Shown piece by piece: positions 29,800-46,228 of a stretch of 64,000 nucleotides of DNA. The DNA comes from the human T2T-CHM13v2.0 reference genome, Homo sapiens. Below the pieces are notes generated by a model that was not told the origin of the DNA, did not search any database, and worked only from the letters and a program-made list of their open reading frames with translations. The position numbers and the translations under genes are program-made. Every line of letters begins with the position of its first letter. The first letter of the stretch is position 1. The stretch lies in the NCBI RefSeq assembly GCF_009914755.1, contig NC_060940.1. One strand, given 5' to 3'.

Positions 29800-29980
29800 C
29801 CCAGACGTCTCGTGCAAGACACTTTAGTGCATTACTTCCTAGAGACCGCAAGAAGGAGTAACTCCCATCCCCATTACCCAGGTGAGGAAACTGAGGTACA
29901 GAGAAATGAAGCAACATACTCAAGGTCACAGTCACTGGCAAAGCTGGGATTTGAACCCAGGAGGTTTGACTGCAGAGGAC
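29800..29980 (-). mobile_element. MIR relic
   Basis: ggtgaggaaactgaggtacagaga...caaggtcacag...gggatttgaacccagg. Confidence 0.8.
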
Positions 29981-30229
29981 AAATTTCAAACAACTACCCA
30001 GTCCCATCTCCCAAGACAGAGTCACACCATGCCGCCTGTCCTGAGACCCACGTACTCACTTCCAACAAGCTGCAGGCAGAGGCTTTCCTTTTGGTGGGAG
30101 GAGAAAAGCCAGGCTTCCCATGGAGAGAGTGAGAAAGACACAGTCACAATCCCAAGCACAGGGACAGACCGTTCCTTCTAAACCACCGTCACTAGCCACA
30201 AACACAGGAAATGCACAGCAGCTTCACAT

Positions 30230-30590
30230 CTTCCTCCTCATTTTGCACGGCCCATTCTCTCTGCCAGGAATCCCTTCTTCTCTTGCCCACCTGGAGGATT
30301 CATATTTATCCTTCCCAATTCAAGACGTTTTATTGGAAACCTTTCCTGACCTCCGAAGATAAGTAGACCACTCCCTCCTCAGCTAGCTGGTTGCGGTCAC
30401 TGCCACCACGACTCTATCCTGTAATTACTTCTCTCTAAGCACCCATCTTCCTCACTCCACTGTAACATTCAAGATTCCTTGTGGCAGGGGCTGGGTCTTA
30501 TCCACTTGTTTTCCCAGAGCCAAACAGGGTGTCTGACATACGGTCCTGGCTCGGCAACTGTTGACTTGCAATGGCAATGATAAGATGAAT
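30230..30590 (+). mobile_element. L2 relic
   Basis: ctctgccaggaatcccttc...aaacctttcctgacc...ggcagggg...gtctgacata. Confidence 0.65.
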
Positions 30591-30760
30591 GATTTCAACA
30601 AAAGGAACATTTACATTTTAAGAGCTGAATCAAGAACTCGCTTATGTCAAAGAAAGAGACTAGTGAGTATCCCTCAATGTCTTGGGCACTGGAAACAGGC
30701 CAGGGTGTGTTTTCCAACTCAGCTACTTTCTATAATAGCTGTGTGACCCAAAGTGGAATT

Positions 30761-31059
<299 letters not shown>

Positions 31060-31424
31060 TAAGTGAAGTTTTAACCTCTTAAAGCTTTCCGGTTTCCCTC
31101 CATAAGATGAGGATAACATTAGGATCGGCCTCTGGGGGTTGCTGGGAGGATCACCTGGGCTAATAATGTATGTAAAACACTTGGCATAGAACCTGGGCTT
31201 CTATAAAGCAGTTCCAGCCCTGGGCCCAAAGGATCAGAATGAAAGCAAATGAGCAGGTAGGAGTTGATGCTGTACAACCAATCCCAGGTAAGTAGGTGGT
31301 TTTGCCAATTTCTTCTCCTTTAGTCCCACCAAGTTCTGAGAGACCCTGGGCCCATTCTGTCTCTCGGCTGGCCAGACCCGGTTTTCAGGGGCCCTCAGAA
31401 AAGAGGTCACCCACTGATCACCTC

Positions 31425-31718
31425 CCTAGCTGAATCTGACTCTTATATATTTTGTTTTGAACTGCAAAGTGTTTTTAAATTTTTCAATTAGCCGCCAATG
31501 TTCAAAGCTCAGGAAGACTGTGCATTCAAATTCTGGATGTCTAACCTTCTTTGAAAAATTAGATTTGGCCTCACTGGGTTCATACTTTGAATTGACTGAA
31601 TCTGAGAGGCACTGTCTACTTCAGATGTGGTGTGGGAGTGCCCAGTCCCCATGTGGCCAGGACACTTGTTCTCACTACCAACCCTGCCCAGAAAACATCT
31701 AACTTTGCAACTCCTGCC
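31425..31718 (+). mobile_element. MER102-like relic
   Basis: tttgttttgaactgcaaagtg...aattagccgccaatg...ttgaaaaattagatttggcctcactggg...catctaactttgcaactcctg. Confidence 0.65.
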
Positions 31719-32273
31719 CTAGGGAAGGAAGTTGGCCAGAAATAGGCTGTTTTATTTAGCAAAGCTATTAGCTAAAAGCAGGGAGCAGCTCCGAGGGTGA
31801 GTAAAAATCCGCATTCCAAACTCATCTGACTTCTCTTTGACAGCACCGGTATGTAAAGATACAGATGAATTAATCATTCCGTTTAGTAATAAACTAACCC
31901 TGTTGTTGCTGCCTCTGTCATGGAGAAAGCAAAAAATCAATCGCTGGTGGAAGCACTTCTCAATCTACACCTGACAGAGGGGCGACAGTTAGTGCTGTCC
32001 TATTCCCAGCATCGGGCCTGGAGGAATTCCTGATTTTAGGTGACTGCAGAGTCCTTGAAGGAGGTAAAAGCTGCTCACAGCCTGACAGTTCTCTGCATTT
32101 ACTCCCAAAGAGGAGATGACGGAGCAGAGAGACATGATCCGATGAAGAGACAAACCTGTCCATGTCACTCACCTTTATGTCTTATTGGAAGTGTCACCTC
32201 TTCGTAGATGTGACAACTGAACCTAGTAAATAGAGGCCCCCGCTGCCTGCCCCATCCCCATAACACACATAAA

Positions 32274-32280
<7 letters not shown>

Positions 32281-32322
<42 letters not shown>
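32281..32322. repeat. (CA)n microsatellite, about 21 units
   Basis: Read directly from sequence. Confidence 0.95.
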
Positions 32323-32325
<3 letters not shown>

Positions 32326-32744
32326 TGTACTCCACTGTTGGCCTCCCTGGAACATCTGCCAGAGGCTGTAATATCTTATTTGTTCTCTTGTGTGCTCTTT
32401 TCAGCTATATTATATGCTGTACGAAGAAAGTAGCCTTGTCTGATTTGATCTGTTTCCAGCTACTTGTCTGTTTCTGGCACCTCACATAGCCCTTGGCACC
32501 CAACGAGCCCTTCCTGAAAATTTGCAAATGCATTTTTGACACAATACACGGTATTCTGTAACGTTTCCAAACTTCCAATGCCCATGCACTAGTTTCACGG
32601 TTTTTGCCATATTTCTGTACCACCCAGTCCAGTAACTCAGTATTTTCTTCAACCAACTCTCATCTTGTAGTGAAATAGATCTCTTTTTAAAATAAAGCTT
32701 TACGGCCATGCATTTGGTCAATAGAGAGACACCTGTAATTGATG

Positions 32745-33050
32745 AGCTCTGGAGTTGACAGTCACCTATGAGCAGTGTGACCCTGGACAAGTGAGTTAAC
32801 AACAGTCTATGAAATTGATTCTAAATCCAAGGAAACACTACAGAAGGAGAAATTAAGATTTCTAGGAATGAATTTATTTACTCAACTAACAGTGGCAATA
32901 GATGTGGGCTAACTGCACTTCATCTGCAAAACAGCACTAACAATAGCACCTACTGAATACAGAGGTGGTTCAAGGGTAAATGACTTAAAACATGTAAAGT
33001 TAATTTACGGCAAGTGCTTCCAATAGTGCCTGCCACAGAGCCAACACGAT
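32745..33050 (+). mobile_element. MIR split by a 121-bp inserted duplicate
   Basis: gcagtgtgaccctggacaagtgagttaac [insert 32802-32922] tctgcaaaacagcactaacaatagcaccta. Confidence 0.7.
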
Positions 33051-33749
33051 ATGAATACTGCTTGTATTGGTATTATTTAGGGGGGAAAACCGGTATCGCT
33101 TTAAATAAATACATGACAATTAAAAAAATCACTTATGTAACAGCTGAGAAACACTTTTGGAGACATGGGCTAAGCCTGAGTTTTACTGCTACCCAAATGT
33201 GAAAAGCACCCCCTTCGCCAGGTCCTCATCTCCCATCTTTTAAATGAAGATGTTGGGCCGGGCACTCTAAGATTCCATCCATCTTCCAGTTCTGAATCTC
33301 TGACTCTCAGTCATGGATAACACTACCTTAAAAGAAATAAAATAGGAAAAACCTGAATTTACACAATAAGCTCAAAAGGAAAGAGCTGGAGGCGGGGAGG
33401 TTATTCACATTCCCAAAGGATTTGCTTTTACAAAGGGATTAACAGCAGAGTTGCTTTAAATAGCAGCTTAAGCCTTGTTTATGGATTACTAGATACTTGA
33501 TGGAGAGGTGGAGGGGCTCAGGAACTTGGAACAAAAGCTTTACTACACCCAGGCAGAAATGAAAAAGCGCATATGTTTTCTTTAAAATTACAATACACAT
33601 CAACAGGAGAAATGATTCCATTTCAAGGAAGCTGATTCCTACTCAGTATTTCCGTTGCATGTCAATTGCATCCAAGAAGATATGCCTGTATCCACGAGCC
33701 AGTTTAGAGCAGTAATCCAGTGTTCATATTTTTAAGCCCCTATTATAAG

Positions 33750-33960
33750 AGCACTGATAATTTATTAAATGTCCCAGGCACTGTTGAGCATATGACATGC
33801 ATTACCTCATCTAATCTTCACAGTAACCCAATAAGGCAGGTGTAGTTGTCATCATCCTTTTACAGATGAAGAAACTGAGGCTAAGAGAGGGGAAGTGACT
33901 CACCCATGTCAAAAGATGGCAAATTTAATAGTCAAGCCAAAGCGCATGAACCTGGCTCTG
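33750..33960 (-). mobile_element. MIR
   Basis: ttttacagatgaagaaactgaggctaagagagg. Confidence 0.8.
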
Positions 33961-34981
33961 AGGTTAGATTATAAAAGGTAAGATCCTTGTCTCAAAGAGG
34001 GCACAGAACAGCCACGGAGGTCAACAGACTCAGAGGAGGATGATAAATGCCCCAAGAGACACCTTTGAGGGAGCAGAAGAAGAGGATATCAAGGTCTAGG
34101 GTGTGCCCAAAGCCAGGAGTGACCTCATCTGACCCCCAGGTGTCCATATTCGAGCATCTCTAAACACTCAGTGTATGGATTCCTCTCCTCCATCCTTCAT
34201 GCATAGACCCTCTTATCTGTACCTCCCTATGCACAAACCAATGTGTCCTAGGCCACTCTATTCCCGAAAGGTGGGCTGTGGGACTGGAGGCAAAGAGAGA
34301 AAGAACAACTGTTGCAGGGTCTCTGCCAGCACCCACACTGCTTCACTAGACTACCTGAGAGCTTCCCATTGCCTGGTTTTCCTCCTTTGAAAAATGGGGA
34401 TATTCGCCACCCCCCACCTCCCTCAGCAGGGAAGCACTAGTGATTAATTAGGTAACATCTGTGAAGCACTCCCAGCTTTCCGGAGAAGGGCACCTTGGGA
34501 GAGGAGCTATAAAAACCTGAGGCACAGGCTATTATCAGCGTGATCATTATTATCATCATTGTCATTATGACATTCTCCTGCCCAAAGACCTGCAGTGGCT
34601 CACCACTGCCCAGAGAAGAAGGTGCCATTGGCTGCCTGGCAGGCAAGGGAACCGCTGCTACCCCCTCCCTGGACTCTCCCACCCCCATGCATCTCTAACC
34701 AATAATACCCTATATGTGAGTCCTGCAACTTCCACATGGAACCCCTTCTCCTCAGAGCAGCTCCAGTCTTGCCCGGTCCAAGAACCTTTCCTAACCACGT
34801 AGGCTGGAAGCTCAACATTGGCATGCCTATTTCTGCTGTAGACACCAAGATTTTTCTCCTCGTGAAGATTCTATTCAGAGGAATACACAAGTGCATAAAA
34901 AACAGTGATATTGCATGAGTTTCTCTTTTCCCAGAGCTATAAAACAAAGATGCTACACAAACCATGACTCAGTATCTTAGA

Positions 34982-35370
34982 CTGATGCTCGTGACTTATA
35001 ATGGGTTAGATCCAATAAACCCACCGTAAGCTGAAAATAGCCTAAGTTGAAAATGCATTTAACGCACCTAACCTACCGAATATCACAGCTTAGCCAACCC
35101 TGCCTTAAACATGCTCAGAACACTGACATTAGCCTACAATTAGGCAAAATCATCTAATACGAAGCCTAGTTTATAATGAAGTGTTGAATACTGTACATGG
35201 ACATTTTGCAGACATGACAGGATGCTAAAACACAAAACACACTATCCAAATACATCGCTAGCCTGAGAAAAGATCAAAACTCAAAATTCGAAGTAAGGCT
35301 TCTGCTGAAGATACATCGCTTTGCACCAACGTAAAGTTGTAAGTCAAACCCACTGTGAGTGACTGTCTGT
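34982..35370 (+). mobile_element. MER47 (TcMar-Tigger) DNA transposon relic
   Basis: gatgctcgtgacttataatgggtta...aaatgcatttaacgcacctaacctaccgaa...cttaaacatgctcagaacactgacattagcctaca...gactgtctg. Confidence 0.85.
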
Positions 35371-35578
35371 GTCTCTGATTAGATGATAAGCATGTAGAGG
35401 ACCAGAGAGAGTTCAGATAAAGTCTACAATTCATGAACAGGGCCTCAGGAACTAGTTAAGGGAACAAGCACGGTCTCTGGGTTCAGACAGACCAGAGCTC
35501 CCCATTCTGCCTGTCACCACCTCCCTGAGCCCCAACTTCTTCCTCTGCAAAATGGAGACCAGCATACTTAATATGAAC

Positions 35579-36185
35579 AGTTAAAGAAAAAACTAATCCG
35601 GATTAAGTAAGGAGAAACATCATTGGAAAGGATTATTGCGAAGGGCAGAAAGGAAAAATCACACTACGGAGGGTGCTTTACCATAAGATCTTAAGGATCC
35701 TGAAGCATCTCAAAGGCTAGGCAAAAAGGAGTTTTCTTTTAACAAAAAGGAGAAACAAAAGCAGGTTTGGGGAAGAAAGGATGGTATGATCAGAGAGTAG
35801 ATCAGAGAATGTTTTACCCTGATGCCAGCCTTTTCTCAGGAGGGGCTGTGTGCTGGCTCACGCTCAGTGTGGGTCAAGGCAAAAGCACCTGGAGGAAGAA
35901 GAGAGTCTGATCCAAAGTCTGGTGATCAAGCATGTTGTTCTGATTGATCAGTGGGAATGAGCAGCCAGCTCATCCTTTATAAGGTAACAAATGGGAATAT
36001 GCAGGGTCTGGGTCTAGCCCTGTCCTGGGGAAACAAAAGGGTATCCACGAGTTGTAGCTAAGTCACGTGGGCAACACTGGTTCTTTGCAGCGAGGCATTT
36101 TCTGCAACACAAACAGGTGAGTGGATTCCTTTAACCTTTGTTCTTTTGCAGGAGCACAGGGCTCAAGTAAAATTCAGCATTGTTG
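35579..36185 (-). mobile_element. Probable ERV solo LTR (family uncertain) inserted in a MIR
   Basis: About 600-bp insert splitting a MIR (35450-35575 and 36190-36240); LTR-like composition, ends ...ggagcacagggctcaagtaaaattcagca. Confidence 0.5.
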
Positions 36186-36254
36186 ATCCCCAAGAAAGTG
36201 GCTGTGTAGATTCAATGTGCCAATGCATAGAAAGCCTTTAACAAATTGAGTTTT

Positions 36255-36430
36255 TATCATTTTTATTTTTCTTAGAGATAGGGTTTCACCCTGCCACTCA
36301 GGCTGGAGTGCAGCGGCACGATCCTGGCTCACTTCAGCCTCAACCTCCCGGGCTCAAGTGATCCTCCCACCTCAGCCTCCTGAGTAGCGAGGACTACAGG
36401 TACACGCCACCACACCTCGCTACTATTTTT
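36255..36430 (-). mobile_element. Alu right monomer (FRAM/AluJ)
   Basis: gagatagggtttcacc...gggctcaagtgatcctccc. Confidence 0.85.
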
Positions 36431-37521
36431 GTTTAATTATGGTTTATCTGCAGGATAGTATAGAACAATCATTGTAAGAGGCAGAAGGTTGAGAAAGGAG
36501 TACAGACATTCTGGAGGTGTCTTGCAAATAAATATGCAGCCCCGGAGTGGATCTGTTTAGCCAGCCAGGCATAGAACACTTCTGACTCACACTGGACTTT
36601 CTGTCTGATCAGCCCCAGGCCATTTTTACATCATCTTCTCTTAAGCAAGACAGGTCTTCAGCCTAAAACACATCCAACATAGTCCCTGGCGATTGAGAAG
36701 TTCAAAGAAAAATAAAGTGAAATATACAGCCCACCACTGCAATCCATCCAAGAATCAAAGGGTGTAGGCTTCAAGACAGGATGGAGAACCAGGAGTTAAA
36801 CAAAATTCTCCACTAACTTTTTATCCTCTGCTATAATCAGTGGCATGCAAACCTGTTTTAAATTTACCGACAGCTTAAGCTGCCACCCAGGTCTTGAGGT
36901 ATTTTTAGTCAACTAGAAATTCATTTAGAGCCTGAAGTCAGGGAAGGGAATCGTGTCAGGTGTGGCTCCTGCAGGATTCAGGTCGTGCCCTGTACCTGCT
37001 TTAGTTACCACTCCTCATTTGCACACAATTAAATAATCACTTCACCCCCTGCCCATCTCTTCAGCATCTTCAGCATCTCCTCACAAAGCAGCAGGAGAGG
37101 GGAATAAAACGTCAGGGAAGTCAACTCTAGGTTTAAGAGATCTGTTCTTAATCCGAACATCATTTCCATTAGCAGAAACAAACTCAACAGGGGGAGGCGA
37201 GTACAAGGAATATAGGGCCCTGAGCCGAACCAAAAGAGAACAAATTCCTCTTTCCCCACTCAAAACAGGCCTATCCAATAAAGTTGCGGCTGTATGTACG
37301 TGAATAAGCTGCCAGCAAGAACGAGGCAGACACAGGAGGAATGAAATTAATACTTCGGGGTGGGGAGTGGTAAGAAGGTGCCTAAGTCGAAAGCAAAACC
37401 ACCCACCCTAGTGTACAAGCCAAGCATGGAGGAGGCACCTTCAATGCCTCTTTATCCTTCAGGCCCCTGTGGCCAACACATCTCCAATTCACTGGTAAGT
37501 CAACAGAGTCTGTCCAGAACT

Positions 37522-38581
<1,060 letters not shown>

Positions 38582-38697
38582 AACTGTCCACTTCTGACCT
38601 TGACCACCACTATGCTAACCCAAGTCCCAGTCATCTTGGATCCCAACATCCCTTTACTCCCAGGGTCCTTTCTTCTTCCAGCAGCCATCAGAGGCAT

Positions 38698-39066
38698 TGA
38701 TAGGGCTTGGCTGTGTCCCCACCCAAAACTCATCTTGAATTGTAGCTCCCATAATTCCCACATGTGGTGGGAGGGACCCAGTGAGAAATAACTGAGTCAT
38801 GGGGGTAGTTTCCCCCCATACTGTTCTCATGGTAGTAAGTCTCACGAGATCTGATGGTTTTATAAGGGGTGGTTCCCCCTTTCACTTGGCTCTTATTCTC
38901 TGTTGCCTGCCTCTACGTAAGATGGGCCTTTGCTCCTCATTTGCCTTCCGTCATGACTGCAAGGCCTCCACAGCCATGTGGAACGTTGAGTCAGTTAAAC
39001 CTCTTTCATTTATAAATTACCCAGTCTCAATGTCTTTATTTCGCAGCATGAGAAATGACTAATACA
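38698..39066 (+). mobile_element. THE1 (ERVL-MaLR) solo LTR inserted in L2
   Basis: tgatagggcttggctgtgtccccacccaaaactcatcttgaattgtagctccc...gactaataca; TSD ggcat/ggcac. Confidence 0.9.
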
Positions 39067-39099
39067 GGCACCCTTATAAAATCATAAACCAAAGAACAT

Positions 39100-39575
39100 A
39101 CAACATAGCAATTTGTAAATCCTACATGACTTCCCCATCTCCCTGGAAATAAAATCTAAACTTCTCTCCTTGATCATAAAGCCCTATAGGATCTTACCCC
39201 TGCCTGTTCCTCAAGCTCATCTGACACCATGCTTCCTTCTTCCTCTGTGCTCCAGCACCGATGGCCAAAGGTTTCTAGAACATTCCATTCTCTCTGCCGC
39301 CTCAAGGCCATTTCCCTCTGCCTGGGAGGTTTTTCATCCAAGTTTTCACATGGCTTCCTGGTCGTTGAGGTCTAGGGCCAAATGTCACCTCCCTCAGGGC
39401 TCTCTTGGGACCACCCTCTTCAACACATCCTCCTATTTTAATCCCATGTATAATATTTGCCATGTTAACAGGTTCTACTTTTTTTGGTCTGTTTGATCTC
39501 TGTGTCTTATTCACTGCTGCATCCTCATCGTGCACACTAGCTGATACTCCTAAAAAATATTTATTGAATGAATAA
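39100..39575 (+). mobile_element. L2 3' relic
   Basis: ccctctgcctgggagg...aaatgtcacctccctcagg...aaatatttattgaatgaataa. Confidence 0.8.
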
Positions 39576-39582
39576 ACGACCA

Positions 39583-40225
39583 TCGGAAGGAGAAAGGAAA
39601 CCCCTTCTCTCTCAGGACCCCAAATTCACTATGCCAAATGGGAGAGTTATGCTTGGAAACTGAGTCATGCAAAACACTGCCTTTCCCTTTGTTCCTAAAC
39701 AGACAGCTGCAAGACAGAAGGCCACATATCTCTCCAGGTGGCCTCCCTCGCCTTGACAATGTAAATTAACAGCTTATCTTCAGAGGTATGGGACAAAGAC
39801 AAGACTAGAAATCATCCCCCACTGCCCACCCTAAGACAAATGTATATTTGACGTTTCCCTCCACTTTATGTTTACTTTATCCCATGTAAAATACAGATTT
39901 ACTGAGCTTGAGACAAATATATAAGTGACTGTTCCCCTACCCCCTCCTTTCAAATGCAAGATGTGGATTCGGTAAGAGTTAATTAAAGCCTCATAAGAAT
40001 GTGACCTCTCACCTCACTCCCTACCTTCCCTCTTTTCTTTCCTTCCTCCTTCCCCTCCTGCCCACTTTTTCCCCTTTAAATACAGAGTCCTCAAAGCCCT
40101 CTTTGGAAAAAGCACAGGCCAGATCCTCCAGCGACTTTCATCCCTTTTTCCTGGGGATGTCCTCAACCTTGGCAAAAGAAACCTCTAAACTAATTGAGGC
40201 CTGTGGCAGACACTTTGGTTTGCAG
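39583..40225 (+). mobile_element. MER4-family (ERV1) solo LTR
   Basis: ggaccccaaattcactatgccaaa...gaaactgagtcatgcaaaac...ctctttggaaaaagcacagg...aacctctaaactaattgag. Confidence 0.7.
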
Positions 40226-40309
40226 AAGAAACCACAACTGTAGCACATGATGTGAGCAGGTGGATCTGAAGGTGATGGTGTGTATTTTACATGACGGCAT
40301 ACCTCAATG

Positions 40310-40560
40310 TGTTTATTTTTTATTTCTATAAATGTAAGGGGTGCAGGAGCAATTCTGTTACATGGATAAACTGTGGAGTGGTGAAGTGTGGGCTTTTAGT
40401 GTATACCATCATCCAAACGGTGTACATTATACCCATGAAGTAATTCTCATCATCCCCCCCAACCACCCTCCCACCCTTCACAGTCTCTAGTATCTATCTC
40501 ATTCCACACTCAATGCCTGTGTGTACACATATTTAGCTCCCACTCCCACTGATGAGATCA
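40310..40560 (-). mobile_element. L1MA 3' end fragment
   Basis: tgttacatggataaactgtggagtggtgaagtgtgggcttttagtgta...tttagctcccact. Confidence 0.8.
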
Positions 40561-40644
40561 TGCTGTCATATCTCAATGTAGATGCTAAATGTTCACCAGC
40601 AATACATGCTACATCTTTAGAGTTCGGAAAAATGTCATATGAGT

Positions 40645-40765
40645 CTGGGTGTGGTGGCTCACATCTGTAACCCTAGTGCTTTTGGAGGCTAAGGTGGGAG
40701 GACTGTTTAAGCCCAGGAGTTCAAGACCAGCCTGGGAAACATAGGGAGACCCCATCTCAAAAGAA
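40645..40765 (+). mobile_element. FLAM/AluJ left monomer
   Basis: ggaggactgtttaagcccaggagttcaagaccagcctggg; outer TSD aaatgtcatatga/aaatgtcaaatga. Confidence 0.85.
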
Positions 40766-40769
40766 TTAA

Positions 40770-41085
<316 letters not shown>

Positions 41086-41149
41086 AATTGATTTTTTTTT
41101 AAATGTCAAATGAAGTAAATTCTCAGACCCAAGTAGTTCCAAATATATT

Positions 41150-41295
41150 TAATAACTGAATCAGGTATCAGGTTTTAAATTAATGAAAATGAAATAAAAG
41201 TAAAACTTCAATTTCTCACTGCTCTAGCCACATTTCCAGGGCTCCTGATATAGCCCCATGTGGCTGCTGGCCACCTCACTGGACGGTACAGGGGT
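41150..41295. mobile_element. MER3/MER33 fragment
   Basis: ctagccacatttccagggctc...catgtggctgctggccacc. Confidence 0.6.
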
Positions 41296-41848
41296 GGCTC
41301 ATGTCACCCACCACAGCAGCGATCATCGTTGCAGTTCACGGAGAACAGATTTCTACTCTGCCTTCATGGAGGTATCTTCTCCATGGGAGGCAGCGGTGGT
41401 CTCCACACGATCCACCAAGTCCAACCCTGCCAGCTTTTTCCTTCTGCTCTCTCAGAGAAGCTGATATGGCCCAGTGATTCCAATAGGGAGCATCTGGGCA
41501 GAGTGCCCTGGAGGCAGCAGTCCATCCTCACTGACATACAGCACAACTTTACCCACTGTGCAAGAAGCACCTGAGCTTCCATGTCAGACCATGGAGGAGG
41601 ACAGCATTTCTGGAGATAAATAAAGCCACCACGCTTAGAGAAAACAACAGAGGAGGGTGGGAAGAGCTCTGGCCCTGGAGCTAGACCGCCTGGGTTTGAA
41701 TCCCAGCAGTGCTACTGACCAGCTATGTGACCTTGGGCACACAATTTAACTTCTCTATGACTCAGTTTACCTACAGGCAAAAGGTCAGCACCTACCCCTT
41801 AGAGGAGTTGAAAAGGACAAATGAAACAGAGTATATAAAGCATTTGTT

Positions 41849-42535
<687 letters not shown>

Positions 42536-43319
42536 AATCACATAAAACAAAGCATATGTCACAAGTGCCTGGCACATCACAATGACTCCCTATAAATAAT
42601 CATAATAATTATTCTTGCTCATTATAATACTTTGAGCTCTGCTCACAGAAGTACAGAACAACACAGGTGCCCCTGTTAAACTGAAGCCAAACTTCTAAAG
42701 CAGATCAATTACCAGGAGATCATTCACAATATAAAGGATTCTCATCGGGGACTCCTTTAAATACAGTGAAATCTGTGAAGGGCTTTTCAAATCGGAATCA
42801 ATTTACCATATTGACATGGAATTCTTCAGGGACCCTTCGGGGAAGGACTCAGATGTAGTGTCCTCTCTGTCACTCTCATCTGTTGGTTGGTGAACAGCAG
42901 ACTCTGTTCACCATTCCTACAATCAGCCAAGGGGGGCTGTGATGTTTCACAAGGCGCCACGGCAGAGAGATGAAAGTTGTTATGGGTGCTGTTGGATTTT
43001 AGGGCTGCTAAGAGAACCAGATGTTTAAAAGTAGCCCTGTGCAAGTCCAAGCCAGAGCTGCCAAATTCTCGACGCATGAAAAACAAAGGCGTCTGGCTTG
43101 GGAAAGTTTGTCCCAGGCAGACTCTCTGAGTCTATTTAGAAAGGGTTACAATGCAACGTTTGTATCTACACCCCTCCTGTACAGGTTTGCAAAACCGGAA
43201 ATAATGCCTGTCACTCATGCAGTGACTCCTGGGCACAACCTTACAGCCAGTCCCTGTGCTGGGCATCAAGGAAATACAGAGATGACGTGAAATACCTGCT
43301 GGGTGAGCCATAGAAGCAA

Positions 43320-43530
43320 AGCGTTATTTGCTTCTGAGTCTGAAAGCTCAGCTGGGTGACCTTGGGCATGTTGCTTAACCTTTCTGTGATTCAGTCTTCT
43401 CATCTGTGAAATGGGGATAGCAGCAGGACCTTCCACACAAACTCACTGTGAGAAATGAGTAAAGATAAATGAAGGGGTTGGAACAGCTCCTGGCACACAG
43501 TAAGTGCTCAATAAATGTGTTTATTCTTAG
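43320..43530 (+). mobile_element. MIR
   Basis: gctgggtgaccttgggcatg...ctcatctgtgaaatggggata...cctggcacacagtaagtgctcaataaatg. Confidence 0.85.
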
Positions 43531-43598
43531 TTGTGGTAGTAGACTGCTGATAAGGGGCTAAATTCAGGGTGTTAGGGTAGTACATAAAAAAGCTATCT

Positions 43599-43890
43599 AG
43601 GCTGGGCGCGGTGGCTCACGCCTATAATCCCAACACTTTGGGAGGCCGAGGCAGGCAGATCACTTGAGGTCAGGAGTTTGAGACCAGCCTGGCCAAACAG
43701 TGAAACCCTATCTCTACTACAAATACAAAAAATTAGCCGGGCGTGGTGGCAGGTACCTGTAATCCCAGCTACTCGGGAATCTGAGGCAGGAGAATGGCTT
43801 GAACCCAGGAGGTGCAGGTTGCAGTGAGCCAAGATCAGGCCACTGTACTCTGGCCTGGGCAGAGTGGGACTCCACCTCAGAAAAAAAAGT
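43599..43890 (+). mobile_element. Alu (S-type)
   Basis: Dimeric Alu; TSD aaaagctatcta/aaaagtatcta. Confidence 0.94.
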
Positions 43891-43929
43891 ATCTAACTAG
43901 AGTATCAGGAAATGATTACCATCCCATAC

Positions 43930-44130
43930 CATAGCCAGATTCAGCTCGTGGCCTATTTTCGCAAATAAAATTTTATTGGCACACAGCCACGTTCATTTGT
44001 TTACATGTTATCTCTGGCTGCTTTCCGGCTGCAGAGGCACAGTTCAGTAGTTGCCAAGGAGACTGAAGGGCCCTCAACATCTAAAATACCTCTTATCTGC
44101 TCCTTTAAGAAAAGGCTGGCCAACCTCTGA
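43930..44130 (+). mobile_element. MER58A (hAT-Charlie)
   Basis: aaataaaattttattggcacacagccacgttcatttgtttacatg...ctggccaacctctg. Confidence 0.85.
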
Positions 44131-44324
44131 TCCAATTCAATTCAGGAGGGATGTGATCAGGGAAGGCTTCCTGGAGGGTGACAACGTAAATTTTCCTTGG
44201 TTAATATTGACTCTTGCATTTCAGAGTTATTGAGGAGGATGCTTGGATCGGCAGGTTCGGGTAACAGAAAGGAAATAAGCATTGCCATCGACCTCTATCT
44301 GAATCAAATCCTACAGCAGGCATC

Positions 44325-44530
44325 ACAGAACGGTGGCTCATGGGCCCAGAAACAGTCTGCAATCTAATTTGATATGAACCTGTGGTGCTTAAAAAACACC
44401 CGAGACAACATTGGATGGCTGGGATACATCATAATAAACCGCCTTTCCGGCTTCTATTAAAAACTCTGACGATCTGGCAACCCTGGGCCCACCCTTCCCA
44501 TGGAGACCCCTTTTGCTGGGGTACCTGTTC
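44325..44530 (+). mobile_element. MER102-like relic
   Basis: ttccggcttctattaaaaactctgacgatctggcaaccctgggcccacccttcccatgg. Confidence 0.65.
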
Positions 44531-44831
44531 TCCAGATCACCATGAGAACCTTTTCATTCCCCCCTTTACTCTATGTCTACAGCCTCTGCTCTGATGCTAT
44601 CAAAGGCCTCTCACACATATTCTTGGTTCCCTGCCAACCCAGGCAGACAAGGCAAGCTGAGAAAACTAAAGTTCAGAGAGGTCAAGTGACTTTCCTAGGG
44701 ATAGCCATCTGGTGAATGATAAAGCTGGACCGGAACCTGAGCCTTTGAGTCTAGCTCACTGTCCCTCTTCAGACATACAAACAGCGGAATGAGTCATTGC
44801 TACGATTTTACTAGGGCACTCCATAGTTTGA

Positions 44832-45068
<237 letters not shown>

Positions 45069-45540
45069 AACAGCTCTTTCACATATACGAGTCCAGATTG
45101 GAAAATGCAGACCTTGGATCCACGGAGGCCACGTAAATATTGAGTGGCATATGGTCACCAAAGGACTGACAAGGCAAGAGGCTAAAACTCCAGAAAGATA
45201 AGGACTAGAAGTGCATCTAGTCTATCTCAGGAGTCAGAGTGGGCAAATCTACTGAATCCAACAAGCACTGCTTAAGTGCCTGCTGGAATCAAGACAAAGA
45301 AAGAGGCCCAGCTCCCCATCTGGGGCTTAGAATGTCACAGGGAGGGTGTTACCTGTAAAGTAACAACGTAAGACCGACTGTGTTTCTGCAAGACTAAAGG
45401 GCAGAGACAGCTGAAACTTCGGTGGCCTACATGGCAGATTTAAGGACTTACTCAGGGCACAGGTGGAGACGTGGATTTAAGTGAGTATGAGTGATTTTTT
45501 TCGGGGAGTAGATGATGGGTGAACCATGGCCCTTGGATGA

Positions 45541-46228
<688 letters not shown>

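Noticed and set aside
37029-37278. Minus-strand ORF ending ...MLKMLKRWAG as a possible alternative first exon
   Set aside because: The MLK repeat is just a 9-bp tandem (cttcagcat x2), the donor is weak and there is no promoter evidence.
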